A stretch of DNA of 53,425 nucleotides, counting the filler, from Catajapyx aquilonaris (lineage: Eukaryota), in NCBI GenBank assembly GCA_000934665.2. It is 2 parts of 2 records of this genome, joined end to end, with 100 filler letters (N's around TTAATTAATTAA, not from the genome) between each part and the next. Parts side by side here need not be neighbours in the genome. Positions count along the whole stretch, not along the records: positions 26,773 to 53,425 come from KZ539300.1; 1 more part is not named here. The stretch is one strand, 5' to 3'. Below, piece after piece: positions 35,696 to 48,492 of this stretch. The notes beneath the pieces were generated by a model, which was not told the origin of the DNA, made no database searches, and saw only the letters and a list, made by a program, of their open reading frames with translations. The stretch's first letter is position 1; the number at the start of each line of letters is the position of its first letter. Position numbers and translations under genes: made by a program.

Positions 35696-36733
35696 GGCCC
35701 TGCAGGTCACCCAATGACCTCAATCCACGTCCCAACCCTGGAGGGTCTGCCAAGAGGAACATTCGGATGTGCCTGCCGCACACTTCACAACAAAAGGCCT
35801 GCCCTTCCACCCTCACACCTGAGCCCTCCTTCCCTGCACTGAGCATGCCCTGCACGTCAACCCTAGTTACCTGCACTCCTCCCAGCGTAATTACACGTCT
35901 AATTAAACGTCATTCACTTGAAAAGTTCCAGAGCATGTTCCATAATTTGGACGCCATCTTGGAATCCGAACAAGTAACAGTCGCCCAATCCAATGGTGCC
36001 AATACACAAATGTTCCTATAATGACCGTATAAACTTTTAATTGGGCAATTAAATGCATCATACTTAACCATCTACTGCAATTATCGACGTTTCTGCATTA
36101 AAATAATCGAATCTTTATTATCTGTCAAATACATTTCGACCCCGGGGAATTCAAACAAGTTGTGGTTCTCAACTGTTCCATTGATCTTTATTTATTATTT
36201 ACACAAAATATGTTAATGAGACTGTTAAAGTTAATTGTGTTTGTGGGCGGGAGGGGGGGGGGGGAAAGAATTTAAGTATCCCGACTGGCTGCTGCTAACC
36301 ACGTCTAAGAGGTTCCCCCAGGCTCCCACTACAATATTATTAGAAGTGGCATGGAATTTTTGTGCTGCTGCTAACTAGAAGTACTATTTGAGTTAGGAGA
36401 TGCACCAGGGTATCTCTAAAATACTGCTAAAAATGTGTTTTATTTATACTGTACATTTGTGTGTTTCCTAGTTAATAAGTGAACCTCCACTTGTTCTTCA
36501 CTGACTACATATGGACAATGCAGTGAAGATGTTGCTGACAGGGAATCAATCATGCAAGCTGGCCACATAAATTCTCCTTCAAGTATTTATTAGCGTCACT
36601 AAATATGTCTGATTCGTCCCACAAAATACAAACAGGGTACATCTAAGAAAGAACAAAGTAATATCAGTCCCAGCGCACATTATAAAAAGTTGATCCCTAT
36701 ATGCGCAACATGCATACCTAAATGTGCACTGTA

Positions 36734-37598
36734 CAGTGCCGTGCACAATAGCATATAACAAGTGTAAACAACGACTTTGGCGTTACCTGGCAACTGGGCG
36801 TGTTCGGACATCGGCATGTGGAGAGTGCTTAGCATTCTTTCCGTCGTTGCCACTGTTTATAGGTAGCGATTGATTGGGAGCGGATGACATTCAATGTGGA
36901 CCTTATATTAAATTGGCAGATAAGAGCATGTACCGGACTCCTTCCCGATCATTCAGTAACTCCATGCATCCTGACTCATACTGGAAAGTGACGATAGCGT
37001 GATAATAACGAAGCGCCTTCTCCAAATAATATCCCCCTCAGTGGGGAGGTGAAGTGGCGCAGCGGTAACGCTATTAATATTATTATTAATATTAATATTA
37101 AGGTCCCGGGTTCGATCCCCACCCGGTGTCCCCACCTTTATCCGTGCAGAGTTGGGCCATCTCTAGCTTCATTTCGGGTGGCAATTTCCGATAGACTAAG
37201 CCACCCGGGTGAGTTCACAAAATGACCGTTAGAGACATTGCACTTGCACTTTGCACATCCCCTCCTACCTACCCTGGAGTAATTAAATAAGATCTTATAT
37301 GGCTCCAATTTCCGATGGTGGTAATCCACCCCCCTAAAGGATATGGTAAATCCCAATGGGGTAATAAAATAATAATAATAATATCCCCCTCAGCCCGCTC
37401 ATTCCGATGCCATGCATTGGTAAGCATGCACACACCCTTCGCTATAGGTCGCCCAGCATCAATCGCTACCTGTAAACAGTGGAAACGACAGAAAGAGCGC
37501 TAAGAACTCTCCGCATGCCGATGTCCGAACACGCCCAGTTGCCAGGTAACGCCAAAGTCGTTGTTTACACTTGTTATATGCTATTGTGCACGACACTG
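36734..37598. mobile_element. Tc1/mariner-type MITE with ~140-bp TIRs
   Basis: TA|CAGTGCCGTGCACAATAGCATATAACAAG ... CTTGTTATATGCTATTGTGCACGACACTG|TA. Confidence 0.85.
37042..37380 (+). mobile_element. tRNA-derived SINE nested in the MITE
   Basis: A box TGGCGCAGCGG, B box GGTTCGATCCC, (AAT)n tail, TSD ATATCCCCCTCAG at 37029-37041 / 37381-37393. Confidence 0.85.
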
Positions 37599-38152
37599 TA
37601 CAAGACAATATGCAGCTGTAAGTGTTATGCACGACAAAATGCTTCCAATCACATGTGCAAGTTTGTCGTATCATTGTAAATATTATAGCAAACTATGATT
37701 GGAAAATCTGACATTATCTTGCACAGAAACATTATGCTCTTGCATTTTTTAGCATGGTCAGGAAAGAATGTCACCAAAGCCAGCATGAGTTACATTGATA
37801 TTTTCAGGCTGAGGTCATGCTTGCCTAATTATTTTGAGAGGAAATCCTCAGTCTACGAACAGGGTCATGTTCCTGAAAATGTCCATAAGTTGGATTTGTA
37901 GGATCATTGAGGAACACAGGACAATACATATACCCATACAGAGTGTGAAGATGCTGCTCCAACTATCTGCTTACCTCACATGTGTTTGTTTACATGTGCG
38001 GCAGAAAGTAATCCCCCAATTCTGTTGAACTTGGTGTCAGTCTACGTATACAGAAATGACTGAACATGGAGGAATAATTAGTGGAAATTATTCTTATACA
38101 GAGCCTTGGGAGCCCGTTTGCAAGTCAGTCGCATCGTTTGTAAACCTGGGGC

Positions 38153-38454
38153 ATATTTATTTTTATTATATTTTTTATTTTTTACCCCGTGATAGAGCCA
38201 GCTTGGCTCTCTTAGGGGGGAAGGGGGAGGTTCCCTAGGGAAGGCGCTGTAATTTTCGAGTCATTTCTGGCTTGTGAAAAACACCAGGCCTTTTCTACTG
38301 GCCCCGGGCAGATAGGGAGTGCAATTCAGCCCCGGCATGTCAGGTGAAAAGCAGAAAAAGACCCGGCCAAGCAGAAGTGACGGGGACAGGATTTGAACCC
38401 CGGCCTCCCGCTTGGCTGGCCAGCGGCGTGGCCGCTAGACCATCCATGCCGCCT
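38153..38454 (-). mobile_element. tRNA-Gly(GCC)-derived SINE in the 3' region of ZNF copy 3
   Basis: Minus head GCATGGATGGTCTAGCGG...GCCAAGCGGGAGGCCGGGGTTCAAATCC, A-rich tail, TSD AACCTGGGGC 38143-38152 / 38455-38464. Confidence 0.85.
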
Positions 38455-38511
38455 AACCTGGGGCTTCCTGTATTACATTCTGTGTTAAAGAATTAATTCG
38501 CATGTGACTTT

Positions 38512-39698
38512 TCAAATAGTTTGACTAAAACGTTTCAGGGACAACTCACAAATGAATGGCTTTTCTTTCGAATGAGTTTGCATGTGCAGTTTCAAATTGC
38601 TTGACTGACTAAAACTTCTCTGGCACACCTCACAAATGAATGGCTTTTCTCCCGTATGAGTTCGCATGTGCAATTTCAAAGGGCCTGAATACCTGAAACC
38701 TTTCTGGCACACCTCACAAATGAATGGCTTTTCTCCTGTATGAGTTCGCATGTGGTTTTTCAAAGTCCATGAAGTACTCAAATATGTCTGGCATATCTCG
38801 CAAATGAATGGCTTTTCTCCTGTATGAGTTCGCATGTGCTTTTTCAAATTGGCTGAATTCCCGAAACCGTTCTGGCATACCTCACAAATGAATGGCTTTT
38901 CTCCGGTATGAGTTCGCATGTGCTTTTTCAAATTGGCTGAATTCCTGAAACCTTTCTGACACATCTCACAAATGAATGGCTTTTCTCCCGTATGAGTTCG
39001 CATGTGGGTTTTCAAACTGCCTGAATCCCTGAAACCTTTCTGGCATACCTCACAAATGAATGGCTTTTCTCCCGTATGAGTTAGCATATGCAATTTCAAA
39101 CTACTTGCATTAGGGAATTTTTTCTGGCATAGATCACAAACAAATGGTCTCTTTTGTGAATGAATTCGCATGTGCCTTTTCAAATGCTTCTCATCACTGT
39201 ATGTCTTCAGGCAAGTAAGGCAACGATTTTCTTCACTAGTATGAGTTAACATGTGAATTTCCAATTCATGCAGAGTACCAATCAATTTCTGGCATATTCT
39301 GCATGCATGTGGATTTCCTCGAGAGATTATTTCCTCCTGGATTCCGCCCTTTCCTGCTCCATCTTCAGCGGTATCTTGCACAATCTGAAACGTGTGAATC
39401 AAGTTTAGTGCAAATTTATATCGGAACATGCCAGCAGATTACGTACCGCATTAGTCCTTCCGGACCCAAGTGCTAATGGGTCCTCTTCATCTTCGACCGC
39501 ACTGGACGTGGCCACCACCATCTCTTCCTCCTCCTCCGCTGCCTCCTCCTTGATCTCACGCAGCGTGTCTTCCACGAAGAGCGTGGCGTCCCCTTCGAGG
39601 CATTCCGGTGTCTCCTCCTTGAGACGCAGCCTCCATGTCTCCTCCACGGTCACGTCTCCTTCCTCCAGCTCCTCCTCCTTGACCCCCAACGAGGTCAT
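38512..39698 (-). CDS. C2H2 zinc-finger protein, cluster copy 3 (9 fingers + broken 10th, ~374 aa)
   Basis: Exons 39698-39447 (donor GTACGT) and 39384-38512. Confidence 0.9.
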
Positions 39699-40132
39699 GG
39701 AGGTCACCCAATGACCTCAATCCACGTCCCAACCTTGGAGGGTCTGCCAAGAGGAACATTCGGATGTGCCTGCCGCACACTTCAAAAGGCCTGCCCTTCC
39801 ACCCTCACACCTGAGCCCTCCTTCCCCGTACTGAGCATGCCCTGCACATCAAACCCTAGTTACCTGCACTCACCCTAGTGTAATTACACGTCTAATTAAA
39901 CGTCATACACTTCAAAAGTTCCATAGCTTGTTCCACAATTTGGACGCCATCTTGGCCCAATGGTGCCAACACCAAAATATCTTATCGTATATTAGCTTGT
40001 TATCTAATAATTAATAATGTAAGTAAATGATTCGGCTTTAATTACATGCTGCGAATGTGAACGTCTGCTGTTTAAGTAAATTGAATGTTAATTTTTAATT
40101 TTATCTCAATGTTCCCAACCCAACTGGGCAAA

Positions 40133-40432
40133 ATGGCCACGCTTCTCTCTGGCCCACGAAGGGCTGAACTTTTGGAACCAAAAAAAGACCATGAAGAGTG
40201 CCCTCGTCTGCCACGTTATGGTAATCTCCGATGGAGACTTGATGTTGCAGTTTCATCCAGTTCTTTATCCAGGGTCATGGAGCCAGCTATTGCTTTTGAG
40301 ATGACCTTGAGCGATGGACATGTAGAAGTGTTTGAAGTTCCAAATTCCCAATTTCATCAAATGCGATATGGCGTGGCCACTATTTTAAAGGACATGGGTG
40401 ACCTTGAGAAGAGAAGGATACTCAAGATATGA
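40133..40432 (+). CDS. COMMD5: COMMD5 C-terminal (COMM domain) intronless fragment, 99-aa ORF; retrocopy, captured fragment or pseudogene
   Basis: LPRYGNLRWRLDVAVSSSSLSRVMEPAIAFEMTLSDGHVEVFEVPNSQFHQMRYGVATILKDMGDLEKR matches the recalled COMMD5 COMM domain. AAAATGG start, no AG acceptor immediately upstream, N-terminal half absent. Confidence 0.75.
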   Translation: MATLLSGPRRAELLEPKKDHEECPRLPRYGNLRWRLDVAVSSSSLSRVMEPAIAFEMTLSDGHVEVFEVPNSQFHQMRYGVATILKDMGDLEKRRILKI

Positions 40433-41006
40433 AAATGACCCACCCTGTGGCCTTGCGGGCATAATTTTGAGCAAGTTTCCTGATCATTTCTGTTTACATC
40501 GCCCATGGAAACACATCAGTCTGAGGCTAGCTGTGGACGGGGTGGACGCAAGTCCGGTGGCTCCTGACTATTTACATCATGGGGTCAACACCATCGCATG
40601 GTGACGATTGTCAACTAGCACCTTCGGGCGAGATGTCGTCTTACATCGCCCATCGAACACACCATTTCGTGCTGGACAGCTTACATTGTTTTTGCATAGT
40701 TTAAATATGAATTTTTGTATGTTTATATGTGTACAACATTATGCTTGTGTTATGAGCAAGGATTTGAAATCAGGTCATGTACCAATGAGTCACTTTGATA
40801 TTTTCACGCTAAGATCATCCTTGCCTGAGGGTTCATTAAACTATATTTTTCATAGCATGGACCAATGATTATTATTACAGCAATTCCCTGGTCTATGAAC
40901 GAGGAAATGTCCGTAAGTCGCATTTGTACGTAACTCGGATCCCTGACGACCAGAGCACATATCGGGGGTCGAATTATTCGGATGCAAAGGTTCAATTTGC
41001 ACTCCA

Positions 41007-41270
41007 CACTCTGAAGATTTACGAGTGAAAATTTCACTCAAAAAAATGAGCACATTTGAAAAATGCTACTTTTGACTGAATTTCCCTTGGGAAATAGATT
41101 TACTTTAACTCAAATCAAGTGGAATATTACTCGAAACAAGAGTGAAAATAAGTGAAACGCTACTCTTTCTGCGATTGAAAAGATTACTCATTCTGAGTGA
41201 TAATCACTCAGGAGATGAAAGTGATTTTCACTCAAAACGAGTGGGAAAATACTCGAAATTTCTTAGAGTG
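41007..41270. mobile_element. MITE with CACTC termini (CACTA/EnSpm-like)
   Basis: CA|CACTCTGAAGATTT ... AAATTTCTTAGAGTG|CA, internal GAGTG/CACTC sub-repeats, apparent 2-bp TSD. Confidence 0.55.
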
Positions 41271-41532
41271 CACAGTTAGTCCTGCTTTTAAACATTGATA
41301 GACACAGTAATTAACAATTACACACTCCAAGTAAGTAATTTTGCACAAGGAGAAAAAATTTAATCTTCAACCCATGATATATACAGCGTAATGAAGAGCT
41401 TATGTCGTGTGTGTTGGTTTACATGCGCAGAAGAACATGGTTTCCCAATTATTTATTAATTATACAGTGTTCTTGTTTAACATTGGGTGTTGGTCAACGT
41501 GCGCATAAGGGATTGAAAATGAAGAGGAATAA

Positions 41533-42703
41533 TTATGAATTATCCTTATGGAGAGCCTTTGGAGCCCGTTCATAAGTACGGATAGCCGTATGTCGCGTCA
41601 CTTGTAAATCTGGGACTTCCTGTTTTACTGGTACATTCTGTTTTAAAGTATGAATTCGCATGTGAATTTTCAAAGTCTCTGAACGAATAAAACTTTTCTG
41701 GCACACCTCACAATGAAATGGTCTCTCTCGTCTATGAACTCGCACATGCTGTTTCAAATTGCTTGAATTACAAAATCCTTTCTGGCACAACTCACATATG
41801 AATGGCTTTTCTCCTGTATGAGTTCGCATGTGAACTTTCAAAGTACTTGCAACACGACATTTTTTCTGGCACACCTCACAAACAAATGGTCTTTCTCCTG
41901 TATGAATGCGCATGTGAGTTTTCAAAGTCTTCGAACAGCTGAAATTTTTCTGGCACACATCACAAGTAAATGGTCTCTCCCCGGTATGAATTCGCATGTG
42001 CAGTTTCAAATTACCTGAAGCACGAAATCTTTTCTGGCATACCTCACAAATGAACGGCTTTTCTCCCGTATGAGTGGGCATATGCAATTTCAAACTACTT
42101 GGATTAGGGAATATTTTCTGGCATAGATCACAAACGAATGGTCTCTTTCGTGAATGAATTAGCATGTGTGTTTTCAAATGCTTCCCATCACTAAATGTCT
42201 CCCGGCAAATGCGACAGCGATTTTTCCCACTAGTATGAGTTAATATGCGAGTTTCCAATTCATGCAGAGTACCACACAATTTCAGGCATACTCTGCATGC
42301 ATGTGGATTTCCTGTCGTGCTTCTTTCCTTCAGGATCCCACCCTTTTCCATTCCATCTTCAGCTGTTTCTTGCACGATCTGAAACGTGAATCAAGAGTTT
42401 AATCCAAAATTTATATCGCAATTTCAGCAAATTACGTACGGCGCGAATCCGTCCGGACCCAAGTGCTAATGGGTCTTCTTCATCTTCGACCGCACTGGAC
42501 GTGGCCACCACCATCTCTTCCTCCTCCTCCGCCGCCTCCTCCTTGATCTCACGCAGCGTGTCTTCCACGAAGAGCGTGGCGTCCCCTTCGAGGCATCCCG
42601 GTGCCTCCTCCTTGAGCCGCAGCCTCCACGTCTCCTCCACCTTGACGTCTTCTCCTTCCTCCAGCTCCTCCTCCTCCTCCTCCTTGACCCCCAACGAGGT
42701 CAT
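41533..42703 (-). CDS. C2H2 zinc-finger protein, cluster copy 4 (8 units, first degenerate, ~369 aa)
   Basis: Exons 42703-42440 and 42378-41533. Retains an extended C-terminal tail (QNVPVKQEVPD...YERAPKALHKDNS). Confidence 0.88.
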
Positions 42704-43506
42704 GGCCCTGCAGGTCACCCAATGACCTCAATCCACGTCCCAACCCTGGAGGGTCTGCAAAGTAGCACCCTGTGCTGGCAGCATGTTCCATGATGACTTA
42801 CACTTTCATTCTTACATGATGCAATGAGAATAGACCTTGAGCCCTCCTTCCCTGCACTGGGCATGCCCTGCACATCAAACCCTAGTTACCTGCACTCGTT
42901 CCAGTGTAATTACACGTCTAATTAAACGTCATGCACTTAGAAAGTTGAAGCTTCGGAACAGAACTTGGCCGCCATCTTGGATTCCGAACAAGTGACAGTC
43001 GCCCAATGGTGCCAACAGAAAATTGTTCCTATAATTACCGAATAAACTTTTAATTAGGTAATTAAATGCATCATACTTAACCATCTACTGCAATTATCTA
43101 CGTTTCAGCATTAAACTAATTGAATCTTAATTATCTGTCGATAACATAACCCGGGGTATTCAAAAGACAACTGGTGGTTCTCAACTGTTCCATTGATCTT
43201 TATTAATTATTTACATAAATGTTAAAGAGTTACAAGTGCGGCAGAAAGTAATCTCCCAATTATTTTTGGTTCTGTCGAAGTTGGTGTCAGTCTACGTACA
43301 TACAGAAGTGACAGAACGTGGAGGAATAATTTATTATAAATTATCCTTATAGAGAGCCTTGGGAGCCCGTTCGTAAGTCAGTCGAGTCGCTTGTAATCCA
43401 GGGACTTCCCGTATAACATTCTGTGTTAAAGAATGAATTCGCATGTGAATTTTCAAATAGTTTGACTAAAACCTTTCTGGGACAGCTCACAAATGAACGG
43501 CTTTTC

Positions 43507-44388
43507 TTACGAATGAGTTTGCATGTGTTTCTTCAAAGTCCATGAACGTCGAAAACTTTTCTGGCACACCTTACAAATGAATGACTTTTCTCCCGTATGA
43601 ATTCGCATGTGCTTTTTCAAAGTCCCTGAATAACTAAAACTTGTCTGGCACACCTCACAACTATATGGCTTTTCTCCCGTATGAATTCGCATGTGCAGTT
43701 TCAAAATCCATGAATCCCTGAAACCTTTGTGGCACATCTCGCAAATGCATGGCTTTTCACCTGTATGAGTTCGCATGTGCCTTTTTAAGCAACTTTGAGT
43801 ATGAAACTTGTTCTTGCACACCTCACAGTGAATTAATGGTCTCTCTCCTGCATGAGTTAGCATGTGCCTTTTCAAATACTTAGCAGTACGCAATGTCTTC
43901 AGGCAAATATGGCAGTGATGCTTTTCACCATGAGTTAGCATGTGGATTTCCAATTCATGCAGAGTACCAAACAATTTCTGGCATATTCTGCATGCATGTG
44001 GATTTCTTCTAGCGCCTCTTTCCACCTGGATACCGCCCTTTCTTGCTCCATCTTCAGGTGTCTCTTGCACGATCTGAAATGTGAATCAAGTTTAGTCCAA
44101 AAAATTTATCAAAATTACAGTATGGTTACGAACCGTATTAGTCCTTCCGGACCCAAGTGCTAATGGGTCTTCATCATCTTCGACCGTGCTGGACGTGGCC
44201 ACCACCATCTCTTCCTCCTCCTCCGCTGCCTCCTCCTTGATCCCACGCAGCGTGTCTTCTATGAAGAGCGTGGCATCCCCTTCGAAGCATTCCGGTGCCT
44301 CCTCCTTGAGACGCAGCCTCCATGTCTCCTCCACGGTCACGTCTCCTTCCTCCAGCTCCGCCTCCTTCTTGACCCCCAACGAGGTCAT
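43507..44388 (-). CDS. C2H2 zinc-finger protein, cluster copy 5 (6 fingers, ~273 aa)
   Basis: Exons 44388-44134 (donor GTTCGT) and 44073-43507. Dead finger after the stop. Confidence 0.82.
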
Positions 44389-44504
44389 GGCCCTGCAGGT
44401 CACCCAATCACCTCAATCCATGCCCCAACCTTGGACGGTCTGCAAAGAGGAACATTCAGATGTGCCGCACACTTCAAAACAAAAGGTCTACTACACATTC
44501 TCAC

Positions 44505-44955
44505 ACCTGAAGATCTATTCTCATATCTACGAGTAGTCGAAATATCGTTGCGATTTTGGCTTTTCAAGCACGTGCGAGTACTAGCTACTCGCAACGGGTG
44601 TTTTCATTTATCGTTGCGAATTTGGCTTTTCACGCACGTGCGAATCATGGCCTAATCGAGTAGTGCGCGGGTGGGAGATTCGAATTCGAACGTGAACTAG
44701 CGGAAAATAATTAGTCCCCCACAGCTGTAGTGCTGTACAAAGGATTTTTCGTCGCTATTTTGGACTGGGACAAAGTCCCTGATCACTGGAGAATCATAAG
44801 TTGGGTGAAGCAGTTCCGTGACACTTGGACACAGCATCGTGTCTGGACCAGAGAATCACTGGACATCTAAGGACATGTGGCACGCAATGTGCCACTCCGA
44901 AGTCCACGACGATTGTCCATTAGGCAATCCTTGGCACTAGGAATGTCCCATGTTC
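44505..44955. mobile_element. Foreign ~450-bp insertion in the 5' leader of ZNF copy 5
   Basis: Alignment to paralogous leaders breaks after CTCACACCTGA and resumes at TGCACTGGGCATGCCCTGCAC. Insert has an internal repeat TATCGTTGCGA.TTTGGCTTTTCA.GCACGTGCGA. Confidence 0.6.
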
Positions 44956-45499
44956 CATGCACTGGGCATGCCCTGCACATCAAACCCTAGTTACCTGCAC
45001 TCCTCCCAGTGTAATTACGCGTCTAATTAAATGTCATACACTTGGAAAGTTGACTCTTCGGAACAGAATGTGGGCGCCATCTTGGATTCCGAACAAGTGA
45101 CAGTCGCCCAATGGGTGCCAACAGAAAATTGTTCCTATAATATTACCGAATAAACTTTTAATTATGTAATTAAATGCATCATACTTAACCATCTACTGCA
45201 CTTTTCAACGTTTTAGCATTAAAATAATCGAATCTTAATTATCTGTCGATAACATTTCGAACCCGGGGAATTCAAACTACTGGTGGTTCTCAACTGTTCC
45301 ATTGATCTTTATTTATTATTTACATAAATGTTAAAGAGACTATTAAAGTTAAGTGTGTTTGTGGGCGNNNNNNNNNNNGGGGGGGGGGGGGAATTTAAGT
45401 ATCCCGACTGGCTGCTGCTAACCACGTCTAAGAGGTCTACGAACAGCGTCATGTTCCTGGAAGTTGGATTTGTATGTAACTTTTCTTACAAAGCTTTTC

Positions 45500-46547
45500 T
45501 TACGAATGAGTTTGCATGTGTTTCTTCAAAGTCTTTGAATGACTATAACCTTTCTGGCACACCTCACAAATGAATGACTTTTCTCCGGTATGAGTTCGCA
45601 TGTGCTTTTTCAAACTGCTTGGATCACTAAAACTTTTGTGGCACACCTCACAAAAGAGTGGCTTTTCTCCTGTATGAGTTCGCATGTGCAGTTTCAAATT
45701 GCCTGACTGACAAAAACTTTTCTGGCACACCTCACAAATGAATGGCTTTTCTCCCGTATGAATTTGCATGTGCATTTTCAAATTGCTTGAACTCCTGAAA
45801 CCTTTCTGGCACACCTCACAAATGAATGGCTTTTCTCCCGTATGAATTCGCATGTGCTTTTTCAAAATCCATGAATCCCTGAAACCTTTCTGGCACATCT
45901 CGTATTTGAATGGCTTTTCACCTGTATGAGTTCGCATGTGCCTTTTCAAACAACTTTGAGTATGAAACTTGTTCTTGCACACCTCACAGTGAAATGGTCT
46001 CTCTCCCGTATGAATTCGCATGTGCCTTTTCAAAGACTTTGCAGTACGCAATGTCTTCTGGCAAATTTGGCAGCGACTCTTTTCACCATGAGTTATCATA
46101 TGAATTTCCAACTTATGCAGACTACCAAACAATTTCTGGCATATTCTGCATGCATGTGGATTTCTTCTAGCGCCTCTTTCCACCTGGTTTCCGCCCTTTC
46201 CTGCTCCATCTCCTGTGGTATCGTGCACCATCTGAAATGTGTGAATCAAGTTTAGCACAAATTTATATCGCAATTACAGCATGATTACTTACGGCGCTAA
46301 TCCTTCCGGCCCCAAGTGCTAGTGGGTCTTCTTCATCTTGGACTGCACTGGACGTGGCCAGCACCATCTCTTCCTCCTCCTCCGCTGCCTCCTCCTTGAT
46401 CTCACACAGCGTGTCTTCCATGAAGAGCGTGGTGTCCCCTTCGAAGCATCCCGGTGCCTCCTCCTTGAGCCGCAGCCTCCACGTCCCCTCCACCTTGAAG
46501 TCTTCTCCTTCCTCCTCCTCCTCCTCCTTGACCCCCAACGAGGTCAT
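45500..46547 (-). CDS. C2H2 zinc-finger protein, cluster copy 6 (8 units, one Cys->Tyr, ~328 aa)
   Basis: Exons 46547-46293 and 46231-45500. Confidence 0.88.
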
Positions 46548-47089
46548 GGCCCTGCAGGTCACCCAATGACCTCAATCCACGTCCCAACCTTGGAGGGTCT
46601 GCCAAGAGGAACATTCGGATGTGCCTGCCGCACACTTCACAACAAAAGGCCTGCCCTTCCACCCTCACACCTGAGCCCTCCTTCCCTGTACTGAGCATGC
46701 CCTGCACACCAACCCTAGTTACCTGCACTCCTCCCAGTGTAATATTATACGTCTGTCGTCTCATACACTTGGAAAGTTGAAGATTCCAGATCTTCCAGAA
46801 CAAAACTTGCGCGCCATCTTGGAAAACGAACTGTCGTCAATGATGCCAACACGAAACCTGTTTGCATAATTCCCATACGAATTAACTATTAATTAGGTAA
46901 TTACATGCCGCGCATTTAACCACATACTGAGAGTATGTGATCATCTGTCCCTTAAAAAATAATGTTAATTACCTGTTGCACGGTCTGTTGGCATCATGTT
47001 GTGAACCCGGCATATTCAAACAAGGGTGGTTGGCATGGAATTCTTAGTGTCGCTGCTAAGAACAGCCACTGCTTAAACTAGCAGGACCA

Positions 47090-47570
47090 GATTTAGAGAT
47101 GCCCCTCCCTGAGTATCTCTAAAATACTGCTAAGGCAGTCTACATCAGGCTGATGTGAAGAAAAAAAAGCCCTGCAGTTGCTGGAGTCTCTGGGAGGTTC
47201 ACAGCTGCGCAACGTCAAAAGATGATGGATGAAATACAAACTAGGAAACGAAAAGAATGGACAAATATGATGTATTGTGATTTCCTCTTTGGTGTTACGT
47301 AAGGAGCAATAATATTCTAAATCCATTTGTATTTTGAAGTCATTTAAATGTAAAAACAAGTGGATTCATTTCGAAGGTTGGCCGCCAGCCTAATTAAATG
47401 TAAAGGTAAGTTGCAAGTTAAATAAGTTTCCAGGAACGGGGAATTATTTGTCAATGCATAATTAGAATATCTCTTCGAATCATTTAAACCTAGGTGATCT
47501 TGTTGAATTGTTGCATCTATGCATGTAATTAGCATGCTTTTAGTCGAAAAATCGTTTGTATTTTGCAACC
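47090..47570 (-). mobile_element. Non-LTR retrotransposon ORF2 3' remnant
   Basis: Broken reading ETYLTCNLPLHLIRLAANLR...YCSLRNTKEEITIHHICP resembles the Cys/His-containing LINE C-terminus. Confidence 0.45.
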
Positions 47571-47689
47571 ATTTGTGTATACGGACATTCCCATTTTATT
47601 ATATTCTCTATTTAACCATGCCCAGCTTTTAATTGGGTGATGCAGCGCAGTAGTGGAGTGTGGCGGGGTTGAGCCCTGATGAGTGCATT

Positions 47690-48480
47690 AGTGATATTAG
47701 TTAGTTGTTGGGTGACGTCAATGTGGTGGGCCTATAGTGGAAACCTGGAAGGATTATGAGTTATGTGTTTCGTACTTATCAGAGTGGTATGTTATTCAAT
47801 CGCCAGCTACGAGAGAGGTGTCAGTGGGCCGACCTTCCGGATGCTTGTTAGTATTTGTTAGCAAGAAGTGGAAGATTTTGAGCAGTAGAGTCCTCGATTC
47901 TGGCGAAGAGGTTAACCAAGTGGTCGGACAGCCATATAACCTTTTACCAAATAGCCAAGGTCGTCAATTTTGATAAGACCAAAGTCTTGATATTTACTAA
48001 AACAGGAAGACTGCAGGTCGGGCATACGTACTATATGGATGGGCACCAGTTGGAACAAGTGCAAAGTTACACATATCTGGGTGTTCCCTTTCAGGCAAGC
48101 GCTAGCTTTTACAAAACAGCACTTTATTTTTCTGCTAAAGCCAAGCAGGCAGTAAACATACTTTGGCCGGTATTGATTAAGTTAAAAATCCGCAGCCTGA
48201 AAACGGCGTTGAAGCTGTTCCATGCCAAAGTAGTCCCAATCTTGACGTTTGCGTTATTCATATGGGGTCCACAGTATATTGATGAATTTAAAAAAGTACG
48301 AAAAAAAAAAAAATTCTGAGGCGATTTTTTGCACTTCCAAAGAGTACAGCTGGATTTTTTTTTGAGACTCGAGTTAAACTTGACACCCCTCTCAGTACGA
48401 CTGATAACGATTATGATAAGAGGACTGGAAGGCTTACCTGTGCACTCGCTAGCCCGTAGAGCCTGGCTGTATCTCTGAAA
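47690..48480 (+). mobile_element. Internally deleted LINE (endonuclease start + RT C-terminal part)
   Basis: VETW...PATREVSVGRPSGCLLVFV (AP-endonuclease N-terminus), then KTKVLIF...LEQVQSYTYLGVPF...LKLFHAKVVPILTFALFIWG (post-RT region of L2/CR1-group LINEs). Confidence 0.75.
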
Positions 48481-48492
48481 ATAAGGACTCTA

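Noticed and set aside
40133..40432. Ancient synteny of COMMD5 with ZNF clusters (human COMMD5 also lies among ZNF genes, from memory)
   Set aside because: Here it is a partial ORF within a young lineage-specific array, so coincidence is more likely.
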